A DNA stretch of 61,856 nt, counting the filler, from Pseudobdellovibrionaceae bacterium (GTDB lineage Bacteria > Bdellovibrionota > Bdellovibrionia > Bdellovibrionales > UBA1609): assembly GCA_030591685.1 (NCBI GenBank). It is 5 parts of 5 records of this genome, joined end to end, with 100 filler letters (N's around TTAATTAATTAA, not from the genome) between each part and the next. Parts side by side here need not be neighbours in the genome. Positions count along the whole stretch, not along the records: positions 1 to 14,647 come from JAUVAX010000054.1; positions 14,748 to 18,176 come from JAUVAX010000085.1; positions 18,277 to 40,558 come from JAUVAX010000035.1; 2 more parts are not named here. One strand, written 5' to 3'. The position numbers and the translations under genes were made by a program. Within the stretch, counting starts at the first letter, position 1. The number at the start of each line of letters is the position of its first letter. This document shows positions 8,520 through 18,909 of this stretch, piece by piece. The notes below the pieces were generated by a model, which saw nothing but the letters and a program-made list of their open reading frames with translations, searched no databases and had not been told where the DNA came from.

Positions 8520-11255
8520 TCACCTATTTAAATGAGGAGCCCTGCAAATTTTTATCCACTGACAAGTTGGGCAAGTTTTTATATCTTCAGGGACGGGGTT
8601 AAAGTTTCCGCTTTTAATTTGACAGGCGACTTTGTTAAAGACCTCTTTAATATCTAAATATAATTGGTTTTTTGCTTCCGCATCAATGCGCCTAAAGTGA
8701 TCTGCATCAGGAGGGACAAGGGCCTGATCGGCATCTGTCTGTTGAAATCCCTTTGTACGGTCCATTGTACGAGACACAAAATATTGAGCGGCCACAACAG
8801 AGCCCTTAGTTAGCTCCGTTAACCCCTGCTCAACAGCATAAGCGTATAGCCCTAACTGTAAAGTGTTATTAGAAACCCATGATTTATAGTTTTTAGCCTG
8901 GCCGGCTGAAGATTTATAATCAATCACTGCATAGTTTCCATTGTCATCTTTATCAACACGGTCAATAAAGCCTTTAAAATCAAAATCTCCTTCGGCTGAA
9001 AAGTCTTTCTCTTTACAGCTCCATTGGCCGTTGATCTCAAGTTCACGAGCGATCGTTGTGGTTTGTTTGTACTTATCTCTCCAAGAAGACTCAAAGGCTA
9101 AAAATCTTTTTGCCAATTGTACATGCTGAGCCCTTACAAGGGGCCAAACAGCTTCGTCACCAAGGTGAATACTCTCTTTAGCCCTGCAGCGATCTATAAT
9201 TTCTATAAGCTCTTGATCTGAATGATCCCACTTTATAGGCTCTACAGTGAGTTCCTCAAACAGAGCATGCATAAGCTTGCCACGACTCATACGGTCTATA
9301 TCTAAATCTAACTCTGGCAAATCACTTAATCCTAAAACTTTTTGTGCTGTAAAAATATAGGGGCATTTAATATAGTTTTCAACCTGAGAGACCGAAAGTC
9401 TAATCTTGTCATCTAAGGGGGTATCTGTGAACTCACCTAAATCTTGATTTAAAAATTGCGTATACATATTAAAAAAATCATCGCTCCATAAGTAGTTTTT
9501 CTTTAAAGTACTCAGCGATACTTCTTGAAGCTCATCGATTCTTGTTTTTTTAGGCAAACTCACCACATGTGAGTCGCCATCATTTAGAAGCAGCCCCACA
9601 AGCCAAATTTTTGAAGGCGCTTGCACCTGACCTAAAAAGTTACTGGCCGAATAACTGACATGTAAACCGGCCGACTCTTCTTGAATTAGCCACTGTAAAT
9701 CAAATTCGTTACCCTTTTGCTCAGGGTGGGGCAAATTAAACCCGGCTTGTTGTGAAAGCAACAGAACCTCTCTTGATGAGAGGGCGACATCAACAGTGCT
9801 TGATAAGTTACCCTCGCACGCGCCAATAATATACACGTACTCAGCCCCAAGCCAGTCGGCTGAAGCCAGGTTTTCGCAGTGAACTCCGCCCGTGTGGGCC
9901 TCTTTAATTAAAACCTCTGACTTACTAATGACCCCCTCTAAATAGCTCATCCAGTTATCAAATTTTAAATATAAATCAGAAGGTGTCTCTTGGTAGATTT
10001 TATGTAGAACTTGCTCCATTCGATCTACTGGCCCATTAGAGTGCCAAAGCTTAAGTATAACCCCCACGAACTCATCACAGTTAAGGGCCAATTGAGTGTT
10101 GATTTTATTTTTATAATTTTTATTAACCCGCTTATCACGGTTTAAATCAGAGGGCTCAAATATATTATTAAAAAATCTTTTAAAGTCCGCATACTGAATC
10201 ACCGGCTCATTTGTATTATATAAGTCCATTTCTAAGTCTGAAGTTTTAACTTTGTTTGCAAAAACTTTAATTCGCGACACCCATGATACTATTTCAGCAA
10301 AATGGCTTAAGGGAGCCACCTTGGGCTTATTAACCAAAACACCCTCGCACTCAAGAGCAGTGCTTAAGCTGGGCCAGTACTTTTCAATATCTGGGGCAAC
10401 TATGGCTAGTTTGTCAGGCGCGATGCCGTTATCTAGATGCTCTCTTATGCTCGCAACAGCATTTTTGACCTCGGCAATCTCAGTAGAAAACTCAGCCCAT
10501 TTAATTTTAGGTTTATTTTTTAAATGATCGTATGTTCTTACAGACTCAGACGTCTCAGAGAGCAGAGAGGCATAGGCACTCAATGAAATTTTATACTGAC
10601 CCGTCCACGGGGTCTTTGGCATAAGTACCCGAATATTAAAGCCCGCTGTGGATAGGTTTTGAATCAACTCTGCTTCTAATAGGTTAAGCTCTGCGCCTAG
10701 ATCAATAGTTATATCTTTAACTCCACTGACGCGGGTTAAATCTTCTGAGAGCAAAAGTATCGAAACCCACTGAGGTAAAGTCATATTTAGCTTTTTTAAA
10801 TGTGCCCATGCTTTTTTACAAAGCTCGTACCAATGGCCCCAACGTATAAGTGAGTCTGGATTACTCTTAAACCACTGAGCTAATATCTCATCCCCTTCAG
10901 GGTGTATTATTATGGGGAGTAATTGATTTAAATAGTTCAGTAAAGTTTTACTGGCCCCCGGGGTATTGGCCCAATCAAAAGTTGTGTTATTTAAAAAATC
11001 CTGAAGTGTGACTCTTACTAAATCAGAGGATGTGACTCGGATATCAGGCCTTATTTGAGTTAAAAACTTTCGCCACAACTCACTGGCTCGAAACACACAG
11101 GCCTCAGGTAAAACAATTCGGTCGTTTAAAAGTATTTTTTGTATTTCAAATTTAGATTTTAAATCAGAGACAAGCCATGTTTCAGACTCGGGGTTAAAAT
11201 CTTTAAATATGTTTTTTCTATCAATGGTAGAAGAAATATTAATTATATTAAGCAT
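8520..11255 (-). CDS. addB: AddB-like PD-(D/E)XK nuclease with Fe-S staple
   Basis: LSVSQVENYIKCP ... GFIDRVD ... VIDYKS ... CPTCQWIKIC (four Cys); 3 nt upstream of addA. Confidence 0.88.
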   Translation of the reverse strand: MLNIINISSTIDRKNIFKDFNPESETWLVSDLKSKFEIQKILLNDRIVLPEACVFRASELWRKFLTQIRPDIRVTSSDLVRVTLQDFLNNTTFDWANTPGASKTLLNYLNQLLPIIIHPEGDEILAQWFKSNPDSLIRWGHWYELCKKAWAHLKKLNMTLPQWVSILLLSEDLTRVSGVKDITIDLGAELNLLEAELIQNLSTAGFNIRVLMPKTPWTGQYKISLSAYASLLSETSESVRTYDHLKNKPKIKWAEFSTEIAEVKNAVASIREHLDNGIAPDKLAIVAPDIEKYWPSLSTALECEGVLVNKPKVAPLSHFAEIVSWVSRIKVFANKVKTSDLEMDLYNTNEPVIQYADFKRFFNNIFEPSDLNRDKRVNKNYKNKINTQLALNCDEFVGVILKLWHSNGPVDRMEQVLHKIYQETPSDLYLKFDNWMSYLEGVISKSEVLIKEAHTGGVHCENLASADWLGAEYVYIIGACEGNLSSTVDVALSSREVLLLSQQAGFNLPHPEQKGNEFDLQWLIQEESAGLHVSYSASNFLGQVQAPSKIWLVGLLLNDGDSHVVSLPKKTRIDELQEVSLSTLKKNYLWSDDFFNMYTQFLNQDLGEFTDTPLDDKIRLSVSQVENYIKCPYIFTAQKVLGLSDLPELDLDIDRMSRGKLMHALFEELTVEPIKWDHSDQELIEIIDRCRAKESIHLGDEAVWPLVRAQHVQLAKRFLAFESSWRDKYKQTTTIARELEINGQWSCKEKDFSAEGDFDFKGFIDRVDKDDNGNYAVIDYKSSAGQAKNYKSWVSNNTLQLGLYAYAVEQGLTELTKGSVVAAQYFVSRTMDRTKGFQQTDADQALVPPDADHFRRIDAEAKNQLYLDIKEVFNKVACQIKSGNFNPVPEDIKTCPTCQWIKICRAPHLNR

Positions 11256-11310
11256 AGGGCAGCTTAAATGAATTCGTAAGAACCCTCAAGTGAACTTCAA
11301 GGGTTAACAC

Positions 11311-12441
11311 CTATCGACGTTGCTTGAGTCTCCGCCTTCGAGCACCACCAACGCCCCCTTCTCCACCCTGGCCTGTTAGTTCATTGATGATTCCACCGAC
11401 GCCATCTATACCCACTTCTGCTGAGAACGATAATACATACCGTCGATCTTCAAGTTGACCGGGGTAGTCACCTAGCTCTACTCCATAAGTCGCTAACTCT
11501 ATATCTAGCGGCCCCAAGCTCATACCTAAGCCAAGTGTATAATAGCCTTGGTTTAGCCCCCCTCGTATATCTAACATTGGTAGACCAAACTCAATGCCCA
11601 TATGTATTTTATTGGCCAGTTGCATATCAGAATTAGTGAGGTGCCTGAGCTCAAAAGAAGGCGTAATGGTAAATAATGGCAGTTCTATTTCGGCGGCTGC
11701 ACCGAAAATCATGTTTTCATCATCTCTGGGGAGGTTTACATTGTCAAACGTCGTTAAGCCGACGTCCTTCCAGACAAAAGAAAAGGTCGGCGTAACAAGT
11801 GGGGCTGGAAAGGTGAAATTAAACCCTAAGTCTAAACTATACCCAACTCCCACATTATTTAAAGCCGCTCCAATATCATAATCAGGGTCCCCCAGGGTAC
11901 CCCCTCTTAAATTTAACTTTCCACCGGTGCGACCTATTCGTTTAATATTTACACCTGTATATAAAAATTTTGGTATTACCGGGAAGGCAAAGCCAATGCC
12001 AACGCCCAAATCATTGGCCACCTCGATTTCTAAGTCAATATAAGCTGGGTTTTCTAAGTTGAGATCGAGGTTTAAATTATCATACACGATCATACCAAAG
12101 TACGGAAAGGTCAGCGCAAAATTCAAACCCGCCCCTGTCCATATAGGTTCGCCATAAAGGGGCTGCAGGATTGCTGATAAATCAGCCCCCCCACCAGTGA
12201 GAGAACTTAAAGCCTTTTCATTACTGGCCCCCACTCGCAGGTCACCGATGCGCCAATGAACACCTGTATTTTTTGCTAAGCCTGCAGGGTTATAAAATAA
12301 ACTATAACTATCACTCACCACTGCAGTGTAAGCCCCCCCCATACCCATGGCTCGTACACTTGTTGTGCTATCAAACAAGCTTACCCCCAGAGCCGGAGAG
12401 CAAAGTAAAAAATGAATAGTAATAAAAATATACTTTTTCAT
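11311..12441 (-). CDS. Outer-membrane beta-barrel, FadL/PorV/TraF_2-like
   Basis: Signal peptide, N-terminal plug motif VRAMGMGGAYTAV..D..SLFYNPAGL, amphipathic strands, EDRRYVL near the C-terminus, then a polybasic tail. Confidence 0.75.
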   Translation of the reverse strand: MKKYIFITIHFLLCSPALGVSLFDSTTSVRAMGMGGAYTAVVSDSYSLFYNPAGLAKNTGVHWRIGDLRVGASNEKALSSLTGGGADLSAILQPLYGEPIWTGAGLNFALTFPYFGMIVYDNLNLDLNLENPAYIDLEIEVANDLGVGIGFAFPVIPKFLYTGVNIKRIGRTGGKLNLRGGTLGDPDYDIGAALNNVGVGYSLDLGFNFTFPAPLVTPTFSFVWKDVGLTTFDNVNLPRDDENMIFGAAAEIELPLFTITPSFELRHLTNSDMQLANKIHMGIEFGLPMLDIRGGLNQGYYTLGLGMSLGPLDIELATYGVELGDYPGQLEDRRYVLSFSAEVGIDGVGGIINELTGQGGEGGVGGARRRRLKQRR

Positions 12442-12452
12442 CTATTAATTCC

Positions 12453-13301
12453 CTAAGGGCAAAAACAAGCCGGACAAACAGCCAGCCCAATGCCACCGTC
12501 TGATTTTACAACACTTCGAAGTTCTTTAATAGCTGCCGCATCAGCAGCGAGTACGGCTGGGTCGGTGACTCCACAAAAGTGTCCGGCACCTGTTCCTAAT
12601 GCTGTACAAAGAGCATCGAGTAGTGTGAGTTGATCTCCGCCCACTCCTGTTTGAGCGGCGACGGCCGTTACACTGTCAATCATATGATTAATACTCACGC
12701 CCAAATCTACAGCATAAGAGTCGGGCAAGGTCCCTGCTAAGCAAGGGTCAAACCCGCCGTCTACAATACCGTTATCATCAAGATCCCCATGAGCACTGGA
12801 AATTGAGCCCATTGTTGACCAAGACACATACGCCATCATAAGGTTTTCATCTAAAGTTCTATTCGCGGCCACAGGGTCAACGGCACTGATTACATCTCTG
12901 GCTAAGGTGCAATTGTCGGCTTCAACTGTTGTTGCCCCCGGAAACCCAGCCATTAGGTTTACCATTAACGTTCCTGCTCCGGCTAGGTCAGAGGTCACAT
13001 TTAAAAAATCTTGCCCACAAAGAGATGCGTATATGGAGGCCCTTAGTATCTGGTGATCCCGTTTAATTTTAATATGCGCAGGGAGAGCATTGAATTTAAT
13101 TAATGCACTTGCGGGGTCTTTAAGCTTACTTAAAGCTATTTCTATATCTTTAATAAGTCCGGCTTCTCTGTCTTTACTACTTAACTCTGTAAAACCATTT
13201 GTACAGCTTGTGAAGTAAATAAGTATTGTGACTAAAAAAACTGATTTTAGAGCAAAACTTGTCATTTGTTTTTTATAATAATTAGGCTCGATGTATCTCA
13301 T
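12453..13301 (-). CDS. Cys-rich hypothetical lipoprotein (start may be Met at 13265)
   Basis: Lipobox-like LIYFTS-C; multiple further Cys, ends CPACFCP; lies between two barrel paralogs. Confidence 0.65.
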   Translation of the reverse strand: MRYIEPNYYKKQMTSFALKSVFLVTILIYFTSCTNGFTELSSKDREAGLIKDIEIALSKLKDPASALIKFNALPAHIKIKRDHQILRASIYASLCGQDFLNVTSDLAGAGTLMVNLMAGFPGATTVEADNCTLARDVISAVDPVAANRTLDENLMMAYVSWSTMGSISSAHGDLDDNGIVDGGFDPCLAGTLPDSYAVDLGVSINHMIDSVTAVAAQTGVGGDQLTLLDALCTALGTGAGHFCGVTDPAVLAADAAAIKELRSVVKSDGGIGLAVCPACFCP

Positions 13302-13371
13302 GAAAACCTCTCCTCATACTCTTATTTTACCTAAATATGAGCCACTAAGGTCAGCCAAACAAATGACGGGG

Positions 13372-14436
13372 CTAAAATCGATAGGCAAATTTTAACACAT
13401 ACCTACGATCCTCTACAGGAGCCACATCAGTACCAATTTCCTCACCGTAAGAGGCTATTTGTAATTGATAATTTTTCACCGCAAACTCTAAGCCGGCGGT
13501 CCAGTACCTTTGGTTGGCCCCGAACCTTAAAAATATAGCGTCAAAAAAGTTAAACTCTCCCCCAAAGTGATAGAGCTTAGCAGCATCGTCGTAGGCACTT
13601 ATATTAAGAGCATCTTTAATTTCAAAAGAAAAAGTGGAGCGAGTCCTCTTACCTAGTATTGGAGATATGGCGACTCCAATGTCATAAGACTGATTAATCG
13701 TATCAGGGCGCAATGAGGTTGTGTTAAAAACCCCACCATTTGAAAACTTAGTGTCCCCAAAATCGCGGGCCACTATGGCTAAGGTTGGTAGGGTCTTCCA
13801 GGGTGCTGTGAATATTAACCCTATATCTACGCCCAAGCCTAAACCCTCTTTACCATTATTAACCACAGAAAGATTTGTAGAGCTTGTGGGGAATACTCCT
13901 TTGACTTCAGATCTATTAATCACCTTCGTGTTAAACCCTAACTTCACGCGGCCATCAAGGAGTCGAAAATTAAAACCCACTATGGCGGCAAAATCATTAA
14001 CATAATCGGCATTAAAGTTGGTCCCACTAATGTCACCAGTCATGCGGTACTTACCTAACAGACCAACGCCAAAATTTGGTAATACTAACGAGGGGAACAC
14101 CTGAACTCTCTCACTTAAACGTAAAGTCGGCTTTGCATTTAAAGCATTGAGTGCTCTTTGAGGGGCCACTCCGGCCATAATATCAAGCCCTATAAGTGTA
14201 TTTGTGTCAGATCCATATTCAATTTCAGGGTCAGCCACGGTAACAAAGTAATCTCTGAGTCGCCCTAAGGCCGCTGGGTTTGCCACAAGGGCCGTCTCAT
14301 CGTTAACAACAGCGACCTGCACCCCTCCCATTCCAAGCGCCCGGACTCCGTTGTAAAATTCAAACACTTCAGAGGCATTTGATATAGTTGAGTACACAAA
14401 AACAAAAAATAAGATAAACGACATCACAAGTTTCAT
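13372..14436 (-). CDS. Outer-membrane beta-barrel, FadL/PorV/TraF_2-like (paralog of 11311-12441)
   Basis: Signal peptide, GVRALGMGG..AVVNDETALVANPAAL, ends EDRRYVLKFAYRF with terminal Phe (BAM signal). Confidence 0.78.
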   Translation of the reverse strand: MKLVMSFILFFVFVYSTISNASEVFEFYNGVRALGMGGVQVAVVNDETALVANPAALGRLRDYFVTVADPEIEYGSDTNTLIGLDIMAGVAPQRALNALNAKPTLRLSERVQVFPSLVLPNFGVGLLGKYRMTGDISGTNFNADYVNDFAAIVGFNFRLLDGRVKLGFNTKVINRSEVKGVFPTSSTNLSVVNNGKEGLGLGVDIGLIFTAPWKTLPTLAIVARDFGDTKFSNGGVFNTTSLRPDTINQSYDIGVAISPILGKRTRSTFSFEIKDALNISAYDDAAKLYHFGGEFNFFDAIFLRFGANQRYWTAGLEFAVKNYQLQIASYGEEIGTDVAPVEDRRYVLKFAYRF

Positions 14437-14466
14437 ATAAAGCCATCCTTGGTTTTACTTACAACC

Positions 14467-14494
14467 TACTCGGCATAGAGATGCCCCTTATTGA
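14467..14494 (-). promoter_or_regulatory. Possible sigma-28 (FliA)-like promoter of the barrel cassette
   Basis: Minus strand TCAA-N16-GCCGAGTA, 30 nt upstream of ATG 14436; resembles TAAA-N15-GCCGATAA. Confidence 0.35.
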
Positions 14495-14647
14495 GACAGT
14501 GCTCACGAAACTAGCCCCCCCCCCGCCGTAAGGGCCCGCAGAAATGAAGGGTAAAGCACTCTGCCCCAAGGCCGTGTGCCTCGAATAGATACGTATCTAA
14601 TTGTAGAACTTTATGGCAAATTATAATTATTAAAAAAAAAAGAGAAT

Positions 14648-14747
14648 NNNNNNNNNNNNNNNNNNNNNNNNNNNNNNNNNNNNNNNNNNNNTTAATTAAT
14701 TAANNNNNNNNNNNNNNNNNNNNNNNNNNNNNNNNNNNNNNNNNNNN
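14648..14747. other. Artificial contig linker
   Basis: N44-TTAATTAATTAA-N44, stop codons in all six frames. Confidence 0.98.
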
Positions 14748-14807
14748 CCTGACCGACTGCAAAGACGGCTTGAAAATGCAGGTTTTGTTTTAGGCTTCCC
14801 TGAATAG
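14748..14807 (+). CDS. C-terminal fragment of probable TolA/TonB-C-domain protein
   Basis: Reads PDRLQRRLENAGFVLGFPE* from the contig edge, directly upstream of tolB; assignment rests mostly on context. Confidence 0.45.
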   Translation, partial: PDRLQRRLENAGFVLGFPE

Positions 14808-14894
14808 GTGTTAATATTGTTGAGATATGTCATTATTTACTGAACGTAAAGAAACCACCCCGTGCCCCTATAGGCACCTAAGAAGGGACTTATA

Positions 14895-16271
14895 ATGAAA
14901 CTCATAACACTACTACTTTTAACCCTTTTTTATACTTTTGCTGAATCCAAGGCAGGGCAAATATACATAAGTGTTGGCAAGGGAACGGTTAAAAAATCTT
15001 TACTCGCTTTGCCTAATTTTAAATACTTTGGGAGCACCAAAGCCTCTAAAGCTAATTTAAGAGTGGGAACTGAACTTTATCAAACTATAAAAAACGATTT
15101 TGACGTTAGCACACTTTTTACACTCATAAGCCCTGATGCTTTTTTAGAGGACTCTTCTAAAAAAGGGCTCAAACCCTACCCCAATGACCCTGTTGGGTTT
15201 AAGTTTTCAAATTGGTCTGCCATTAGCGCTGAGTTTTTGATTAAGGGCGGGTATAAAGTTGTCGGCAACAACCTCACTCTTGAGGCTTATTTATACTATG
15301 TTCCACAAGCAAAGCTTATTCTGGGCCGGAGCTATACGGCCAGCCAATCAAAGGTTCGAACGCTCGGTCATAAGTTTGCTAATGATGCCGTAGAGGCCCT
15401 TACTGGCACTTCCGGGATGTACAACAGCAAGATCGCAGTCACCGCTAACCGCAACGGTAAGTACAAAGAAATATACACAATGGACTGGGATGGCCACAAT
15501 ATTCAACGCCTAACAAGCCATAAAAACTTATCTATCTCACCCACCTGGTCACCTGATGGTAAAAAAGTCGCCTACACAAGTTGGGCCTATCACCCTAAGG
15601 CCAAAACAAGAAATGCCGATCTTTTTATTAAGGATGTTTCTTCTACAGCTCAAGCAAAACTCATCTCTTACAGAAAGGGTATTAATTCAGGGGCTAACTT
15701 TCACCCCAACGGGAGAGATCTTTTTTTGACGCTCTCAAAATCTGGCAATGCTGATATTTACCGTAAAAACTTAAGCTCTGGAAAAACGACTCGTATAACT
15801 CGAGGCCCCAGAGGCTCGATGAATGTTGAACCTGCCATTTCACCTAATGGTAAAATGTTAGCCTTTTCATCTACCCGGGGTGGACCCCCTATGGTCTATG
15901 TAATGACTCTTAGTACTGGCTCTATAAAGCGCATCACTTATGCTGGCAAATATAATGCTACCCCAACTTGGTCACCTGATAGTAAAAAAATTGCTTTTGC
16001 CGGATACGATAAAGGCCATTTTGACATTTTTATTATGGACAGCAAAGGGTATGGCCTCACCCGCTTAACCTCTGCAAAAAAAGCCAATGGACGCACTGCT
16101 GACAATGAAAGCCCCACTTTTTCGCCAGATGGTCGATTTGTTATGTTTACTAGTAATCGAACCGGAACAAATCAACTTTATATTGTAGACACAAAAGGTA
16201 ACAATGAAAGGCGTATTACTTATGATAAATTTCATTACGAAAAGCCCTCATGGTCTAAAGTACTTGAATAA
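14895..16271 (+). CDS. tolB: Tol-Pal beta-propeller protein TolB
   Basis: Signal peptide, N-terminal TolB domain (GHKFANDAVEALTG), PD40 repeats SPTWSPDG, PAISPNG, PTWSPDS, SPTFSPDG. Confidence 0.92.
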   Translation: MKLITLLLLTLFYTFAESKAGQIYISVGKGTVKKSLLALPNFKYFGSTKASKANLRVGTELYQTIKNDFDVSTLFTLISPDAFLEDSSKKGLKPYPNDPVGFKFSNWSAISAEFLIKGGYKVVGNNLTLEAYLYYVPQAKLILGRSYTASQSKVRTLGHKFANDAVEALTGTSGMYNSKIAVTANRNGKYKEIYTMDWDGHNIQRLTSHKNLSISPTWSPDGKKVAYTSWAYHPKAKTRNADLFIKDVSSTAQAKLISYRKGINSGANFHPNGRDLFLTLSKSGNADIYRKNLSSGKTTRITRGPRGSMNVEPAISPNGKMLAFSSTRGGPPMVYVMTLSTGSIKRITYAGKYNATPTWSPDSKKIAFAGYDKGHFDIFIMDSKGYGLTRLTSAKKANGRTADNESPTFSPDGRFVMFTSNRTGTNQLYIVDTKGNNERRITYDKFHYEKPSWSKVLE

Positions 16272-16280
16272 ACCTACATC

Positions 16281-18176
16281 ATGAAAAATATTACTCCGCT
16301 TCATAAATTTACCAAAGAGCAAATTCAATCAGCAGGCCATCACTGCCCTGCTATTTTAAGATATACTTTTTTACTTGAATCTTTATTAAAAATCGATACG
16401 CCTTCAAACTCAAGGCGGCTTCGCACCCTAAGGCACCAGGCCTGGTTAACATGTGCATTGAATACATATTTTTCAACAGCTGACACTTTAGATATTTGTT
16501 TATTTTGGAGCCAAGAGACCGATAAAATTTTAACAAAAGCCTGGCACATGAGTGACCTCTCAAGTGAGGGCCTATTATTGGCCGCCATGGGTAAGCTTGG
16601 CTGCAACGAGCTCAATTTAAGCTCAGACATTGATATTTTATTAATCAGCAAAAACCCTGCCCCTGATGAATTACAAAAAAAAATAAAACATTTCACGCGC
16701 TTACTCAATGAAAACACAGAGCATGGGTTTTGCTACCGCGTAGACTACAACCTACGGCCGGGGGGGCGGCTAGGGCCCCTCATTTCTAGCTGCAAGCAAT
16801 TTCAAGACTATTATTGGTCTCATGGTGAAACTTGGGAGCGCATGGCTTTTATTCGGTTTCGTCCTGTTGTGGGGTGTGATGACGTTAAAGACGAGATTAA
16901 TACTTTTCTAACAAGTTTTTGTTACCGTAAATATATTGATTACACGCTTTTTGATGATCTCAAAACTATGCGGGCACAAATTAAATCTGCTCTTGTTGAA
17001 AAAAAACCACCCTCAGAAAGCCTCCATTTAAAACTTTTCACTGGCGGTATTCGAGACATTGAATTGTTCTTGCACGCCAATGCGATTATCCACGGGGGCA
17101 AGGCTCCTGAAATTCGTGCTAGTTCTACAAGCACCTTAAACCAGCGACTCAAAACTCACGGATTTATAAGCCCCGCCGACAGTGAAACACTTATATCAAA
17201 CTATTGGTTTTACAGAACACTTGAGAACAAAATTCAAATCATAGATGACCTACAAACTCACACCATCTCACTTACTAAAGACTACCCGCACATTAAAAAA
17301 GAGGACATCTCAAGCCTCCCTCAGCGCGCTAAAAAGGTCGACCAAATTGTTTCAGCCCTTACCGGGGCTATTGACGAAGCCCTGCCTTTGCTGCCAAAAT
17401 CCCTAGAGGACCAACAAAAACTTTTAGTACAATATGGGTTTAATAAATACTCTGTTGAGAGCGTTTGGCCGCAGTTGATTGCCTTAACTGCAAAATCAAA
17501 GCAAAAAACTAGAGACGAAACAACTCGTAAAAAATTTTTATACCTTTTTTTAAATGAACTCAAAAATTTAAATACAAATAAAAACTTAGGGCTCTCGTTG
17601 CTCTTAGATTTTGTTAAAAATACCCGGTCAAAAGCCAGTTTTTTTACATTACTATTAAGAGAGCCTGGGCTTTTAAAAAGTCTCGCGCGCCTGTTTTCGA
17701 CAAGCCCTTATCTTGGCGGGATCATTTCAGCAAGGCCCGAGCTTTTAGACTCTTTTGTTTACCGAGCACAGGAGGCTGAGTTTTCAGATCACTTGGATGA
17801 GGCCCTAGAGCAAATGTCTGAAACCCGACTTATCACTGAAATTATTGCGGCCAACGAATTTTTAAGCACTTTAGATGTACATACTTTTTGCCAAGCCATC
17901 ACCTCAACAGCAGATAAAATCTGCGCTCAACTATTAAAGTCACTTAAACTCGAACTTGGGAGATCTCAGGTTGGGCTTGTTGCCCTTGGAAAATGGGGGG
18001 GGCAAGAGCTTGGGGTGAACTCTGATTTGGATTTTATTTTTGTTGTCCCTAATAAGCCCAGTGAAAACGATTTTAAAATTGCGCGGCGGTTTGTTTCACG
18101 ACTTCAGGACCAGCACAGCGGCGGGACTCTTTATGATATTGACCTGAGGTTACGCCCGAGTGGCAATGCCGGGCCC
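16281..18176 (+). CDS. glnE: GlnE-like glutamine synthetase adenylyltransferase, truncated at contig end
   Basis: Two nucleotidyltransferase motifs AMGKLGCNELNLSSDIDI and ALGKWGGQELGVNSDLDF; YRVDYNLRPGG, WERMA, KLFTGGIRDIE, IDLRLRPSGNAGP. Confidence 0.85.
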
Positions 18177-18276
18177 NNNNNNNNNNNNNNNNNNNNNNNN
18201 NNNNNNNNNNNNNNNNNNNNTTAATTAATTAANNNNNNNNNNNNNNNNNNNNNNNNNNNNNNNNNNNNNNNNNNNN
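18177..18276. other. Artificial contig linker
   Basis: N-run with central TTAATTAATTAA. Confidence 0.98.
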
Positions 18277-18909
18277 ACTCAAGGGTTACCGTATAGGCCA
18301 ATATATATAAATCATGTGTGGCCCCTAGGCCGAGATGAAAAAGCCTTTTTTTCAAGAGTTCCGGTTAAATTACAAACTGAAGATAAACAAAAACTTGATC
18401 ACGCTGACGGATTCCGCATAGCCCGGTCTAATGCTTTAACAGATGAAATCGACACTACGGGCAAATATATTTGGTGTAGTGGGTTAGTGAGTTGGCAAAA
18501 ATTAGCCAAAAAAAAAGTTTGGGTAAACGGTTGTGATGATGGCCTTGGTGAGGGCGAAGACCCATATATTCAAGGCTTAAGTTGTGATGCAAATATTAAT
18601 TGGATAAAACTCACACATAACGAGGCTTTACTTTATGGCCCTCAAAAAGAGCAAGTGGCGACTTATTCGCTGAGACCAAGCAACAACAGCCCTGATCTTA
18701 AGGATAAAAAATACTTTTATTGGGCAAGCGCCACTAGTTTTAATGAGGCCTTAAAAAAATATCCTGAAATTAAAAAGGCCTTTCATTTTTGTGGGCCCGG
18801 AAATACGTATTTAGGTTTAAAAAAAATATTGGGTACAGATAAAAATATTTTTATTTTTACAGATTACAATGAGTGGTGGCGCTGGGTTCAGCCCGTAGGG
18901 AGTGAATGA
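18277..18909 (+). CDS. 5'-partial divergent HemD-like domain (uroporphyrinogen-III synthase; possibly C-terminus of a HemC-HemD fusion)
   Basis: Frame open from contig edge; [36 protein letters not shown] resemble HemD motifs; stop overlaps hemL start. Confidence 0.55.
   Translation, partial: TQGLPYRPIYINHVWPLGRDEKAFFSRVPVKLQTEDKQKLDHADGFRIARSNALTDEIDTTGKYIWCSGLVSWQKLAKKKVWVNGCDDGLGEGEDPYIQGLSCDANINWIKLTHNEALLYGPQKEQVATYSLRPSNNSPDLKDKKYFYWASATSFNEALKKYPEIKKAFHFCGPGNTYLGLKKILGTDKNIFIFTDYNEWWRWVQPVGSE

Noticed and set aside
5544..11255. Cas4-like Fe-S nuclease plus helicase as CRISPR or defence locus
   Set aside because: Sizes, order and motifs fit housekeeping AddAB; no repeat-spacer array seen anywhere in the window
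11311..14436. Conjugative element suggested by TraF_2-like barrels
   Set aside because: No relaxase, coupling protein, VirB4, integrase or att sites; flanked by housekeeping genes
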